A DNA stretch of 64,000 bases from Chrysomallon squamiferum (GCA_012295275.1 CM022665.1:37386001-37450000); one strand, 5' to 3'. Positions 25,649-40,231 are shown, counted from the first letter of the stretch. Numbers and translations are program-made. Notes: generated by a model not told the origin, from the letters alone.

Positions 25649-25692
<44 letters not shown>

Positions 25693-26252
25693 TATGTGTT
25701 ATTAGTGGGGATATATAAAATGCCTTGTATATAGGGATATTTTTATATGTTGTCTATTCGTGTTAATTAAAATTATTTTTACTTTTATTGCCATCCTGTT
25801 TTTGCCATTCGTTATTTTTTCTTCATAAATAAAATAATTTACTTTATCTTGAACCTTCATCTATCACGAAGTTCTCGCATCAACCCTGTTTCCTGATCAA
25901 CTAAGACAGGAAAATAGTATGGACCAAGATTGCTATTTGGAAAGTAACCATTTTATAACAACAAGAATACATGTATTTGAACATCTCTTCTTCTTCTTCT
26001 TCTTCTTCTTCTTCTGATTATTATTATATGCATACTAATATCCAAGTGAATAAATTCCCCCAAATAAATACAAATAACCGATGACACAGATGTAAAGAAT
26101 CTCTTTCGATTATTTTTCATTTTGATTTGAATCCAAATAAATAATAAAAAAACATGTCTGATATGAATATAAATTCCGCTCATTTTCAGCATTTTTTTTT
26201 CTTCTTCTTTTCTCAATTTTGAACATATTTTTACGTCAGCAGTATATTTTAA

Positions 26253-26284
<32 letters not shown>

Positions 26285-26935
26285 CTTCGTTGCAGAGCGA
26301 CACATTAAGGTCCCGTTTTGCTTCAAGCAACTGTCCATTATTTTTTCCTGCACAACAACAAACACTCCCTTAAATCATTAGTACGAACTTGAAAACATGT
26401 TAAATTGGGTTACATGTCTTTAAGTGACATCCTTCGTATATAGTCAGTCGCCTTAGAGTTAATGGAATATAAAAACTCGTAGTTAGAGGCTTGTTGCAGG
26501 CAACTTCGGTATAACACTCGGAGACGATGTGGCTCCTTTCTGTGTGTTTTTTTTTAAAAAGAAGTATGACATGAAAATCCAATAAATTGATCAATTTAAT
26601 CATCATCTGGTTTAAGGTGACATATAATAAAGCCGTAATGACTGTCGAGCACATTTAATGAGAAGAGTACTAATACTTTAAGATCAATATCGTGTATGTC
26701 GTTGTCACCATTATCTGTTGCTTCTATTCTAACGCACGCCACGTCGGCTTTGTCAGTTTCTATTCAGAGAAACTCCTGATGCTTTTAAGGACGAAATAGG
26801 TTCATCCTTTCTTCTAACTTTCTGCCGAAGTTTTGGTAATTTGTTTAAAAAGAGGCATACAGCAACAACGACGACAAGAATAACATGGAAATGTACACCC
26901 ATTTACCATACAGAAAAAGAAAATTACAAAAAAAG

Positions 26936-26969
<34 letters not shown>

Positions 26970-27781
26970 AGAGTAATGAACAAAACAAAGAAAACCCCTA
27001 GCAACTGCAACACCTCACAAAATCTTCATAAATAAATAAAGCAAACAACAACAAAAACAGCATCAATAACAATAGCAACACTCCCTCAGAAAGTCAAAAT
27101 TTGTTTTAAAATAAATAAATAATAAAATAATAATAAATAAATAAATAAATAATAACAAAACAATAGTAGTAATAATAGTAATAAAAAGTAAAAAAGTAAT
27201 AATAATAATAATAAAAATAATAAAATAATAAATAAATAAAATAAAAACAAATGACACGGTGATGAATGTTTTTTTTATTAATAAGTATTTATTTCTAACA
27301 CAAATGCTGGTTTTGCATGGCTGTTTTATCCGTTACAGCGTCTTTCAGAGGATTTCCGACAAAATCTGTTATAATGACATAAAAAGAAAGCTAGTTACTC
27401 TTAATGTCAGATCAAAAAAACCCATAGAAATATAAAAAGAATAAGAAAAAATAACGTAAAACGAACGAAATCTCATTACGATGATATTCCTGTATATGAC
27501 GTATCTGTTAAGTAAAAACAGTCGTGTAATGTAGGAAAGGTGGTTAATAAGAATTCTCTTAATTATAAAATCATCATTGGATTTGACATACGCGTATTAA
27601 AAAGCAGATTTTTCATATATGAAGACCGAGCAGTTATAAAGTTTATAATTTGTGGTCAGTGAGAGAAAGTGATAACAATGGAAACAAATTTTATTTGGAT
27701 GATTTTCTGTATTAGATAACGTTTTTAGAATCTCCTAATTTTGTGGTTAACACTTTTATTTTATTTTATTTTTTAAATTTG

Positions 27782-27823
<42 letters not shown>

Positions 27824-28336
27824 TAAAATAACAATAATAGAAATAAATTTCAGTTGGACTGGGCATGCACTGTTGGATAATAGTTTATAGTTATAATGCA
27901 ACTGCTTATAATTTCTTATTAATAAAATTCGAAACTTCTTTTAGTACGAGTCACATTATCAACATAAAGTTTTCTGATCACAAGAATAAATTCTGGCTGA
28001 CTTCTAGTTCTGTGAATAAAATTTAAAAAACAGTTGAAGCTGAAATAATTTCTGAAATCCTGAGCGATTTGGAGAAAGCTAATGAAATGAAAAATCTTGT
28101 AATGACATTTTTTTTTTTTAACAGTCGTCAGTCAAGTAATAAATGTAAATACCAGCTGTATTTAATGGTCTTCGGTATTTCCAGACCGTCAATGCCAATC
28201 AATGAATTTTTCTTTCTTTTTTACGCTCCATATATCAAACGGAGCCAGCACAAACCTCCAGTACTTGTGTCCGTTTATTAGACGTGGCTTTTACCGTTAT
28301 GTTTATATTAATATGTTCTTTTATTAAAATGACACC

Positions 28337-28425
28337 ATTTAAACCAGTTTCCCTCGTTAAAACCCGAAATATTATATAGTTTACGGTTCAGTTAAAATGG
28401 ATTGTAATTCATTACGAGAAAGAGT
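28337..28425 (+). repeat. Dispersed ~90-bp repeat, copy 1 (copy 2 at ~30151-30235)
   Basis: ATTTAAACCAGTTTCC...ATATTA...ACGGTTCAGTTAAAATG.AT.GTAATTC is shared with 30151-30235. Confidence 0.75.
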
Positions 28426-29224
28426 TCTTTTCTTCTTCTTTTGAACAACTCAATATTAGCCGATAACTGCACACAAACTCTTAATTATATATTTTAGAAC
28501 TAATTTTTGTTAATTTATTTTTAAAGCAAATAATAATAAATTAAAATTATTTTCTCATACTTAAAGGCCAAATATTTCAAAAAATAAATAAATCTACTGC
28601 GCAGATGTAATAACAGGTCTGTTTGAACTGCAGTATTTATGTGCATTTTACTTAAATATGAGCTGAATTTCTCATTAACTGATTTTTTTTCTGTATTTTT
28701 TTGTATTCCTCTTTCAAGTATGTACTACAGTTATATTGACTTCCACACGAACAAATGAATGTAATTAACCATTGCTTTATTTCACACCTGTTTAGTTTTG
28801 TCTGCGCAATTTCTGCGATGAGGTGCCATTAAATATTCTTTCCATCCTTCGTTCTTTCATTCATCGAGTCGTTTTGCTTTCGAGTATTGCCAGATTTCTT
28901 ACGAATTTCACCTCGTCTTCATCTAAAGCCATAACCTGTACGTTGAAGAGAAATTGGTCGTTATTCTGATCTCGTTGAACTATTCTGCTGAGAATTGGTG
29001 GCACTGTGGTATCTGAGGAAATTAAGGATTTCTGGATCACAAGTTAATACGACTGTCGCCTCAACACTAATAAATGGTAATGTATCTAATACACGAGTCC
29101 GGCTACTGCGACGACGTGACGGCTTTATCTGTCAAAGAGGCAAAAATAAAACTGATCAGAAGATTTACATGTTCACGTTTCTGGCTTTCATCATTATGGA
29201 CTCAGAGAAATTATTTTGAATGAT

Positions 29225-29461
29225 TTTTTTTTTTTCCTTTTTTTCTTCAGCTAATTTGGTTTCGATATTAAATAATTTTACTATTATTATTTATTGCTAT
29301 TAATAGGATTTTTTCCTTTTTTTTTGTTTTTTTTTTATTTATTTTTTTTTTTTTTCAGCTAATTTGGTTTCGATATTAAATAATTTTACTATTATTATTT
29401 ATTGCTTTTAATAGGATTTTTTCCTTTTTTTTTTTATTTTTTTTTTTTTTTTTTTTTTTTT
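29225..29461. repeat. Recent tandem duplication, ~110-bp unit, 2 copies
   Basis: TTCAGCTAATTTGGTTTCGATATTAAATAATTTTACTATTATTATTTATTGCT(A/T)TTAATAGGATTTTTTCC occurs twice, nearly identical, bounded by poly-T. Confidence 0.9.
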
Positions 29462-29475
29462 GTTATCCATCAAAC

Positions 29476-29702
29476 TATTTAAACTCGATATATAATTATG
29501 TCGCTGGGTTATTTTAAAATATTTAAATTGTTGTTTTTTTAATATATAACTATGTTACTGGGTTATTTCAAAATATTTAAACTTTGATACGTAATTACAT
29601 CGTTGGAATATTTCAAAATATTTTTGTTTTATAATTATGTCTTCGGACTATTTCAAAATATTTAAATTTTGATTTTTTATTGTTTCCTTGGGTTATTTCA
29701 GT
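29476..29702. repeat. Degenerate minisatellite, ~45-50 bp unit, ~5 copies
   Basis: Recurring TAATTATGTCnnTGGGTTATTTCAAAATATTTAAA core. Confidence 0.75.
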
Positions 29703-30037
29703 TATCTCGTATTTAGATACGATTAAGATATAATCATTACTAAAGCTGCGAAGACAGAGAAGATAATTAGTAAACAGTTTTATAAAAAAAAGACCTTGGC
29801 ATTAAAAACTGGATATCCACTAGTTCTTCTGTTCAAGGCATGACGTGTTTAGTGTGATATACCTTATATCCATCAGCTGAAATAAGATAAAGATTAATAT
29901 TTTCGGTGAATATATCTGACAGAATTAGTATTTAGATTTGGTTTTATTTGAAATTCATTCCAAAACATATCGTTTACATTTTCTAATATTATCTGGATAC
30001 AAAACAACAACAACAACAACAAAAATAAACTAAAACA

Positions 30038-30094
<57 letters not shown>

Positions 30095-30105
30095 TAATAA
30101 TAATA
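30038..30105. repeat. (AAT)n microsatellite
   Basis: Direct inspection. Confidence 0.95.
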
Positions 30106-30150
30106 AAGAAAATAAATAAAGAAAATAAATATATCTACGGAAATATTACT

Positions 30151-30235
30151 ATTTAAACCAGTTTCCGTCTTGGAAGCCTAACATATTACACTAACGGTTC
30201 AGTTAAAATGAATCGTAATTCTTTTAGCGAAAGAT
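30151..30235 (+). repeat. Dispersed ~90-bp repeat, copy 2
   Basis: Same blocks as 28337-28425, direct orientation. Confidence 0.75.
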
Positions 30236-30458
30236 CTGTTGTTCTTTGTTTCGTTTAGTCAAGGTTAAATACAAGTTGTGTCATAGCTGTTGCCCCAGTG
30301 ATATCTGTTTTCTTCGTTTTCCTCAAAACTGATCATTTTGTAGAACATCTTACAAAATTTGACTACCAGAGTAGATGTGAGTCGGAATATTATTTGTCCC
30401 CTATTCCTTTAATACATTAAAGCATGTAGTTATGACTTCACATATACACGAACATAAG

Positions 30459-30465
<7 letters not shown>

Positions 30466-30532
<67 letters not shown>
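30466..30532. repeat. (CA)n microsatellite
   Basis: Direct inspection. Confidence 0.97.
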
Positions 30533-30534
<2 letters not shown>

Positions 30535-33500
30535 GCCATCCTCAGTCGTTAGCATTCTGTTACACAGTGGCGCGAAACGACCTCTATGTCGATTTAATGT
30601 GATTATTATGCGCGGCAGATAGCGATGCCTGCGATAACGATATATTAATAATAAACCACATTTCCAATTCTCAGCGGACGCAGAAAATTAAAATACCTTA
30701 TCGTCAGCATTTAGCAGTTTTCTCCATGCACTGGTGCGAAGTTACGACTTCTAAGTCGCAAGGATGAGCACCTCTCAGCGGATAGAGTGTCCACAGTGAG
30801 GAGAGCGATCAACGGAATTTAGTTCAGCATCGTCTTGCGATCAGCGGTGTTATTCGATCCTCTCTTGTTTGTAATAAAATGGCTAATGGTGATTGTGGGC
30901 AAGCCGGTGACCGTATCTAAAAGGATATCTCTTAAGGTAATCAAGCCCGCGGAGGTCAAAAGGACACATTTTCCTCATCTGAATATGAGACTGATAGCGG
31001 CATTTTAATGAAATGGAACAGTAACGAGGTTTAATGGCATCCAGTGGCACGTGTCCGTTGATTTGTACTGAGATTAAAGCGACATTGTGCTTGGCCTGAC
31101 TACTAACGGCATTCCCAGCTCAACCCCTTCTGAACTGATTAGAGCAAACTTTTAATGAAGATGGCCATAATATTTGAGCGTTCTTCCCTCTGAATACAAA
31201 TGTATATTAATGAATTGATGAAACCTCTTGACGACCGTGAAAGATAATACCATCTGTTGAGCAGTCATGGTTACGGCTGAGGTCACAAACTGATTAGTCG
31301 TTGATGTTAACGATACAACGACTAATTGTGAATATCAGATGAATTATCATTACTAACTACCAAGGAACATACGAATTCGTCCTCGTTCTTGTCAACTAAT
31401 AAGTCACGATGATTGTAGACGTATCTTTATAATTCTGAGACAACACAAATTAATGCTGACTACAATTAGCTCCCAACTTACGGCCCCTTTACGTTCTCAC
31501 CGACGGTCACAAAAGTCTTATATAGGAAACTAGATGTACAGCATTGCTTACAGCATATAACTATATTTTTATTGACAATCATCTGTTGTACATTCACTGT
31601 TTTAGTATCGAATTTGTAAAAGTATCTATCCAAAGTAAGGGTTAAAAAATAACCGTTGCACGAGGAATTATGTATGTACGTATGTATGCATGAATGCACG
31701 AATGCATGTATGTACTATACAATACAATGAATTAAAATAATGCTATATAACTGATTACAAATGTTATTTTTTGTTAATTCTTAAAAGAAAACAATATTTC
31801 AAAAGTTTGCTTTTTGTATTAATTTTAATATGATATAATACCATATAATACTCATACACTTTCATATATTTAATATACGTGGATTAAAAACACCTGTCAG
31901 AGACGTAACCTCCATCATGGCCAGTTGCTATATTATAACACATTAAGTTTAGTGTAAGTAATTTTAAGTACGTCAGAAAAGTGTCGAGGATACAATAACA
32001 TACTTTCTGACAGTTCTGCGCAATACACGTTAAATTTAGACAGATTTATCACACTTTTTTTGTTATTGTAGCAAACCAATGCATTTTCCTTGGTCCCGTA
32101 CGTACACTTTGATCATTCGCAACAGTAATGAAGGTTTCCAGAAAGAGGTACAAGGGACAGTAAAAATATTTCGCCATTAATATAGTCTAATGAATAACCC
32201 ACGATATGGGACAGCAGGGACTAATTGAGGAGCTATTAAAAGAGTGTTTCAATAATCTTTACAGTCACATTGATTACAGGCCGCTAATGGATCAAAGGAT
32301 CAATGACTAACGTGGAACTCACAGAGGTCTATTTCGCACAAAGCTGTTTTGTTTTAAACACAAGTTTTCACGAACTGACGGATACTGTTGGGAACAAACA
32401 ATGATGTTAGATGTTTTAATGTTATCGAATCATGCTATAAACACGTTTCACAGCCATCAATAAAGTGCTGTAGACCAGACGTGAATAAATTGTTGTAATT
32501 ATTCTCCTGGATATACATAGATATCTAAATCAGACGTTTTTCTCAGTTTAGTAACTGGATGTATACGATAAAAAGCAATGGTTTAACAATATTTAATACG
32601 TATACTCTATATTTTTTTGTCCTTCTATTAGGAGACTTAAATAGTATGCGACTGTTTGCTTAATAAAATACTGACTCCTACAACCGTCTTTCTTTAATTC
32701 TAAGAGGCATCAGATTTTAAGGCAGCGACATTTTAATACGTACTCAGTCTGAAATTTCAAGGGACGCAGCCTACACTGCTAGCATTCTGCTATGTACTTA
32801 GAAGCACATAGAAATATATTAACCTGCATAGCAGTTTCCCATACGCAGAATGCGAGCACCAATACCTTTGACACACTTGTCGTAAATCGCATTTCAAAGC
32901 AGGAAATCGATCAAATGACCGAAATTGTCTCTGTTCAGATTCTTTAAGAATTACAATAACATTTTATAACATTAGAACGGAGAATGTCACTGCTGAAAAA
33001 CCTCCAGACCCCCCACCCCAAAAAATAAATAAATAGAAAAGCAACAAGAATAAGAACAACAAACAAACAAACAACAAAACAACCACAAAAACTGAAGTTA
33101 CGAAACAAAGCACAAAGTAAAGTGTAATAACTACTATGAGCATATTTAGCAGTGATGCTGGTGTCGAATCACTGGTATCTTGTTACTGACAAAAGCCAGG
33201 CATTAAATGGTGGCTATTTATTTATTTATTTATTTTTTATTTTTTTGGTTTTATTTTTCTCCCCAATCTTATAATGCATTGATGAATACATAATCAAGTT
33301 ACGAATGCTTCTCAGCATATTTTTTTATGTTAGCAATACCACATTTCCAGCGTGCATTTAACCTTTTGTGTTAAATACGTAATTAAAAGTCGACTGAAAT
33401 TTCCATTCACAGATTTCTAATTTTAACAAAGATTCGCGTCGGCTAATTAAAACGAGCATCTCGTTGTATCAGGCTTTATCATTTCCACTCGCTTCTTTCT

Positions 33501-34667
33501 CAGTCATTTCGCGAACACTATTATCGTCAAGACCGTTCTTTTCCTGATTAATAACTTTTGATTGTGGTGTTATTTACTTTCCATCTCGCAGATTGGTTGG
33601 TCAATAGTAAAGAAGTATTTTCTTTTGATTCCAGGGCTCAGAGCAGACGTACAAAGTCTTGCTTTGCATGGCGGTGATTACGTGTGTATTTGCTCGCTGT
33701 TTCATTGCCGTTGCCGATGGCGCCCTGACGTCAACACTTTAACCGCCGACGACAACGTGAATGAAAACAAAAGCGCAGTTCCCTGTTTTAAGCTTCTTTG
33801 ATATAGCTTGATTTGGACAAAAACAATATTTGGTCAAGTCACTACAGATGGCAGAAAATTAATTGTTAAATGCACAGTCAATATTATTCGGTTTCTTTGA
33901 CAACAGAGTTTTTCAGTTGCTTTGAAATGGTTTAGGAATGATGCTATTTTTAAAATGGTTAATAATACTGAAAGAAAACAAATTTATATATTTTAACAAA
34001 TTATTAATATAAATTTAAATCATCATACATTCATGGTTTTCTAAATTATTATTGTTTGTTTTTTTAAAATTATTTATTTATTGTCTGGGAGTGCGAAATT
34101 CCAATATAAATTAGTCATGAACTTACCCTCTCCACACCCCCCACACACACACACACATACTCACATATACTCACAGTGCTTTCTCACTTTCAGTATTTAT
34201 GTGGTTATGTATATGTATATAAATGTATGTATGTGCGCACATACACACCTAAGTAAAACAGAAACTAAAAAAAGAGCAGATTAACCATTTAAAATAAAAA
34301 AATGTAATTGGAAATTGGACGTCAATAACGGAAATAATACAAAACACTTTTGACGAAGCTGCTCTCGAGGCAGTAACGAGTGTCTATTGAAATTCCTTGC
34401 TCTGGACAAATCCTTTGTACCGATTAACCCCACAGCAGGATATCCGCATTCTGCTTTTTCAGAGACGATTAGGTGCAGAAAATACATAAATTTACCTTAA
34501 CCACAAATACTGTTTGCGTTTCAGATAATAGTAAAGGTTAAGTTTGATGCCTGAACAAATTTGTGAAAGGGGAACTTAAAAAAAAAAGAAAAAAAAAGAG
34601 ACAAATCACGTAATAACCAATAAATCCCACTCTCCAAAAAAAAAGAGCACAATCAGTGTACGTATGC

Positions 34668-34698
<31 letters not shown>

Positions 34699-35417
34699 TA
34701 TATGTATTTTTAGTTATCTACTACGTACATACATACATACATCTACACCACACATACACAGACATGTGCCTTTATACATTATTAGTATATATGCGTAAAA
34801 ACAAACAGTATTAAAACGAAATAAAACAAATATCATATGAATAATAATGAAATCATGTACGCAAGTCTAATAACAGATGATAAATACGATCTATATAAAA
34901 AAAAGTACTACTGCATCAGCAGTGTCTAGACTAAATACATTAAAGATGGTATTGGTCCGGAAAAAAAAACATCCAGAAGGATTTCATTTGAAACTTGAAG
35001 AAACTTTCTTAATTCATAAAAGAACATAACTAGTCAAGCATAATTAATTCTTATATTTTCTGCCTGAACAGAAGTGATTAATCGTTTCCCTTTCTCTTTC
35101 CTACCCTTGAGACGTATTTTTCTCAAATTTTAGACAAACCAGTCAAATAGATGTGAACAGAGATTGCTTTATCTGATTCAGTTTCATTTAGATGTTAATA
35201 ATAACAAAATTAAATCAAAACTAAAGTATGAATCGGTATCAAGACCATTTTATTAATCATGTCGCGTATGATAAATGATCTGTATTTACATATATATATA
35301 CACATACTCCACACATACATACATGCATACATACGTACGTACATACATACACTGACATACATATATGCATACTTACATTCATACATACATACAGACGCAC
35401 AAATACGTATTCGAATT

Positions 35418-35418
<1 letters not shown>

Positions 35419-35496
<78 letters not shown>
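35419..35496. repeat. (AG)n microsatellite, preceded by a degenerate (ACAT)n tract
   Basis: Direct inspection. Confidence 0.97.
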
Positions 35497-35498
<2 letters not shown>

Positions 35499-35973
35499 CA
35501 GTTCTTTTTAATTAGATAATATGTAAACTAGTGACGACCAAATCGTTGTGTAAGTGGTGTGTCTGCATCTTCTACAAAGTCTGTCTTATAATACCTTAGT
35601 CTGTTCAAGGACGCAAAGATACACATGTAATGATAGGAAAAACAACAACAACAAAACCACACTATCATTATCAGCAGAACTCGTCATCAGTCGCTTGGTT
35701 GTTAAATTCACGAGTTCTTTCTTTCAAGAATTTCATATTTCGTGGGATATATCTTTGTTGTTTTGTCTTATGTCAGGGTCAAACATTACTGTTACGTATT
35801 ATGTTAGGAAATTCTCTGGATTCTTATTTCTTGGTTTTTCTTATACCTGTGTTATATTACGTAACATTAATGTGCTTTCTGTTGATGTTCACTATGGTTA
35901 TTATCTACTCACGTAATATATAATGATCCGTTTTTCACTTCTGATCATTAAATTATTATTTATTATAAATTTA

Positions 35974-36261
35974 CAGTGGCGCGCAGAGGGGAGGGGGCGA
36001 AGGGGGTGAAGGGGGCGAAGGGGCAGTGGCCCCTGGCATCCAAATGGGAGGGGGGCATCCAGTCAGAGAAAAGAACTTAATAAATTTGGTTGATTTATAT
36101 TTAAATCGAATAAAGTATTTATTTTATGTTTCATCTGTTTACATATTCAAAATATCTTCCTTTCTCATAATATTTCTCAGTACAAGACCTTTTACTTGAG
36201 TCTCTGGGACAGGCAATCAAGGAGGTGGCCCAGGGCATCGCCAGACCTCTGCACGCCACTG
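35974..36261. mobile_element. hAT-type MITE (288 bp)
   Basis: 16-bp TIRs CAGTGGCGCGCAGAGG / CAGTGGCGTGCAGAGG (1 mismatch). 8-bp target duplication TAAATTTA (35966-35973) / AAAATTTA (36262-36269), 7/8 identical. GC-rich subterminal GGCATC repeats; no ORF. Confidence 0.88.
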
Positions 36262-38159
36262 AAAATTTAACATTATACTTCACTATATCAGAAAAATAAA
36301 GCGAAGAATCGTAATAGAACTATAAATGTATTATTATTATTATTATTACTTTTTTTTTTTTTTGTCTGTCTAAGATTTAAAAAGGATCCTTTCTAGAATT
36401 ACATTTTTACAAAATATGACAAGACTTCCACACAGTCATAAAATTTCCGCTAATTGCGTAACTTCAAAGAACAGATAAATCAAAGCTTGTCTTAATAAAA
36501 AAAATAAAAAAGTAATAAACAAACATTGCCTGATAACATGAAATCATAATTTATTATCGGCAAAGACTGTGTATATCTGTGTGTATCTGTGTGTTTGTGT
36601 TTGTGTGTACGTTCGAATGTATGTTTCTAGTCCTTTTTGTAGGCTCATGGTAATAAAATAAAAGGAAGTGAATTCAAAGGAGCACTGGTATTTCCTCCAT
36701 TCCGTCCAGCAGAGACTATAGTGTGTTCAGGATTTATGGGAAATGTTGGTTAGTATAATATCCCCAGTGAATGGAACCATCTGGTTTACTTTTTCTCTCA
36801 TTAACCCTTAACAGAAATCCTGCTTTACAAACCTAGGTCGACGAAATTGGATATAGGGTAAAATAATTAAATTAACATAATTAACTTGTGTATTTCCTAC
36901 TACCGTCTCGGTTTTGCTATTACTAAAAGAAAAATGTCACTGTGGATAAAAACGACCGCAGAGAACCTTTGCATATTTTATAAACCAAATTACTAGTCAC
37001 GTACCAAGTTTTGCTCTTGTTCTCAAATAATCTCTACAATTATTCACATTATGGAGACCACTGCTGCTAAAAGTTAGGCAAAAAGTTCTTTATATTAACA
37101 TGCACTGATATAAATTAACAATTTATTACGGTCCATGATATTTATTTCGAAAGGTCAACTCCCAAGTCTGTTCTTCTGAAAAAAAACCCACCACATTGAG
37201 CTATTTGTAAATGAAAATTTGTATTGGTTCCGTTTTCTAAACGTACTAAGTACAGACCATTGAAGTAATGTCCATGAACGTTATCAAACGTTATATGTAT
37301 TCAGAACAAGGCTTTGGCCTAATGTCACGATTTATGCATTATTTTCTGAAAACTTAATACGCCATTCAGATATCTGTGTTTGTACAAAGAAAGGGATTTC
37401 ACGACCAAACTTGCCTTCGTTAAACCAGAAGAAACCATATTCGTCTGCTCGAAAAATAAAAGGCAATGTCTACAATGGCATTACAGTGTTGACCAAATAA
37501 CCTCAAGTTTAGTTAATGAGTTTACTCTGACTTTGGAAATAATTTGATGGGAATCTCCAATCAACAGATGAATGAGATCTTTGTTAAATTTCGACCGAAG
37601 CGGTCAATGCTTCCGAACGAAATTGGCAAATTAGACACGATTTTCATTCTTTTACATTCAGGACAGTAATGATGGAATGTTTGTGGCTCTCACTTGCATT
37701 TACAAATCTCATTAATGCAACAGTCAAAACGTCAGTGTTATATGCAATGAATAACTGATCATGTAATGTACATTTTGTTTTTTTGCATATAAACGTTCTG
37801 GAAAATGAGAAAACAAATGATTAAAATGCATTTCATATTTCTAAAATCTATGTTAAATGTTATTATTTATTTATTCGTTTGTTTGTTTGGTTGATTGTTT
37901 GTTTGTTTGTTTGCTTGCTTGCTTGTTTGTTTGTTTGTTTGTTTGTTTATTTGTTTATATCTTTTTTTTTTTTTTTTTTTTGTTTTTGTTGTTGTTGTTT
38001 GTGTTACACTGTTATGTCAATGAAATTGTTTTCAGAACTCTACTTGGACATTTTGTTTCAAAACTTTCTAATCAAAACCGGCTTCTTCTCTTCTTTTGGT
38101 GTTTTCTAATTCTTCAACCTAGACCGTTAACATATTATATTAACTGATGAATTTCATAC

Positions 38160-38206
<47 letters not shown>

Positions 38207-40151
38207 TGTTATTTCAGTTAGTTTTACTAGCTGGAAATGAAAAAAATTATCATCTTTCTTTTTCACCTTTTCCCCCCTCATTTGATTCGTCTGTAAACTT
38301 TACATCCCAAGAGAATTTGATGAAGTATTCGACTAGATCAAAAGTTTTTTCTGTCTACCCATTGACGTCCTCAAACGATATTGTCAGAAATTTCTTTCGT
38401 AGTGTGCTTTCAGTGGTAGAGAAAAGACGACTCAAATCTGATTAACCGAAATCTCTGCAGCAGCTGGGTTCGTCTTATTTTCCTCCTTTTTTTAAAGACT
38501 GTCTCTTTTCTCGGTGAAAATCTCTGTAATTTTACACGACCTCAAAGATGGGGCAGCGCAAACACGAAGGAATTTGAACAGAATAAGAACGAAGAACTGA
38601 ACAGAGAAATTTTAAATCTTAGCAATAATATGACCTTTAATAAATGAATGAATCGATGAAAAAAAAAAAAAGTTTATCATTTGAAACGCAAAGTTTCAAT
38701 CATGTTTAACTTGCGCACGAAGTCCATTAGATTAGTTTGTCTACCAACAAAAGCGTTAGTATGTTACTGTTACTAGTTAAAAAGAACAGTATAGAAAGCT
38801 GAATGCGATATCAGAAAATAAGTGTTAATACCCACAGCATAAATAGTTGAATAATACAAATACAGTGTACATTAATTTGTAACAGTGGTCTGAAAGACAC
38901 GAAAGACAACTAATTCAGCCACAGATTTTCCTTAGATAAGCTATATAAGACAATAGAAATAAGTGTTGTTGAAACTGGCATGATATTAAGTATGCTAATA
39001 AATATGTAAAAATACATTTAAAGTTAAGCAGGAGTACTGTTGCAATTGGTGTTTAGTCTACGATTAACAGATCAACGGCTGCTTCTTTGTCTTTGGAAGA
39101 AATACATTTTGACCTTTTGGCAAGTCTTTATATGGTGGGAATATACCTTTATATAATTTTAACTATTTTGCAAAGCTGTAATATTTTTAACTATTTGCAG
39201 ACTATATTTTTTGCCCCACGCAACTACTTGATCATCACCGAATATTCTTAGCTGCTGATTCTTTGACGTCGTCGTACAAGTAATCCACAAAGAGGTAAAC
39301 AAAGATCGAAAATGACTACATATTCTTTCACATTTAAGATAAAATCACAGACTCGCACAAGTATTATCTGCATTAATGGTTTGATAACCAAAAGCTTAAC
39401 TTTTATCAAGAGAGTTTAGCAATCCCATGCATGATGATAATAATAATAATAAATAAAAATGTATGACAAATCTTATTCTGTTCTACCATCGTGTTTTTTT
39501 TTTCTTTTGTTTCGAAAGAGGTATCCATACGCTCTCCACACACAAGAGATACATTTCTGCGGTTTGAGATCGATTATCGATTTGCCAAAAATATGACTCT
39601 GCCACTTTAATTGTATCATTTGTTAAATAGGGTGAATACGCCTGTAACAAGGCCGTCAAACTGGAACACCCACATCAAAGAATTAATTGTATTACGGCAA
39701 GATAGAGAACGATTTTTACGATAGGCGACAAAAACATCGATGTTTAGAGCTCGCGGTACTGGTCCCTGGGGCAGCCGCGCTTGGAAATAGTCTTCCCAGC
39801 CAATACTTGCATTAACCCCGCGGCTATTGATTTCAAATAAATAAGTGGTCTGTGCTCCTTTAATTCGTCGACCAATTTGGCTTCTGTTCTGGCAATGTCA
39901 TACAGTATTTCAGTTTTATGTATATTGTGTTTGACCAGACGTTTTACCTGTGAGAGACCATAGCGAGCGTTAACGTCAGACTCTTGAAATTAGTCTGGCA
40001 GTATGAAATGGGACCCTCGTCCTGTTCGTTCACTTCTGTAACAGCTTTTTTCAGTCTGCTTAAAATCATTTTAATACTGTCAGTTTTCAGTATAGTGTAT
40101 TCAACGTTATTTATATTTAGAATTACTAATGGTTAATGGTTATGGAGAATA

Positions 40152-40154
<3 letters not shown>

Positions 40155-40231
<77 letters not shown>

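Noticed and set aside
29476-29702. Spaced repeats as a CRISPR-like array
   Set aside because: Eukaryotic context, degenerate units, and the intervening parts are themselves related; an ordinary minisatellite.
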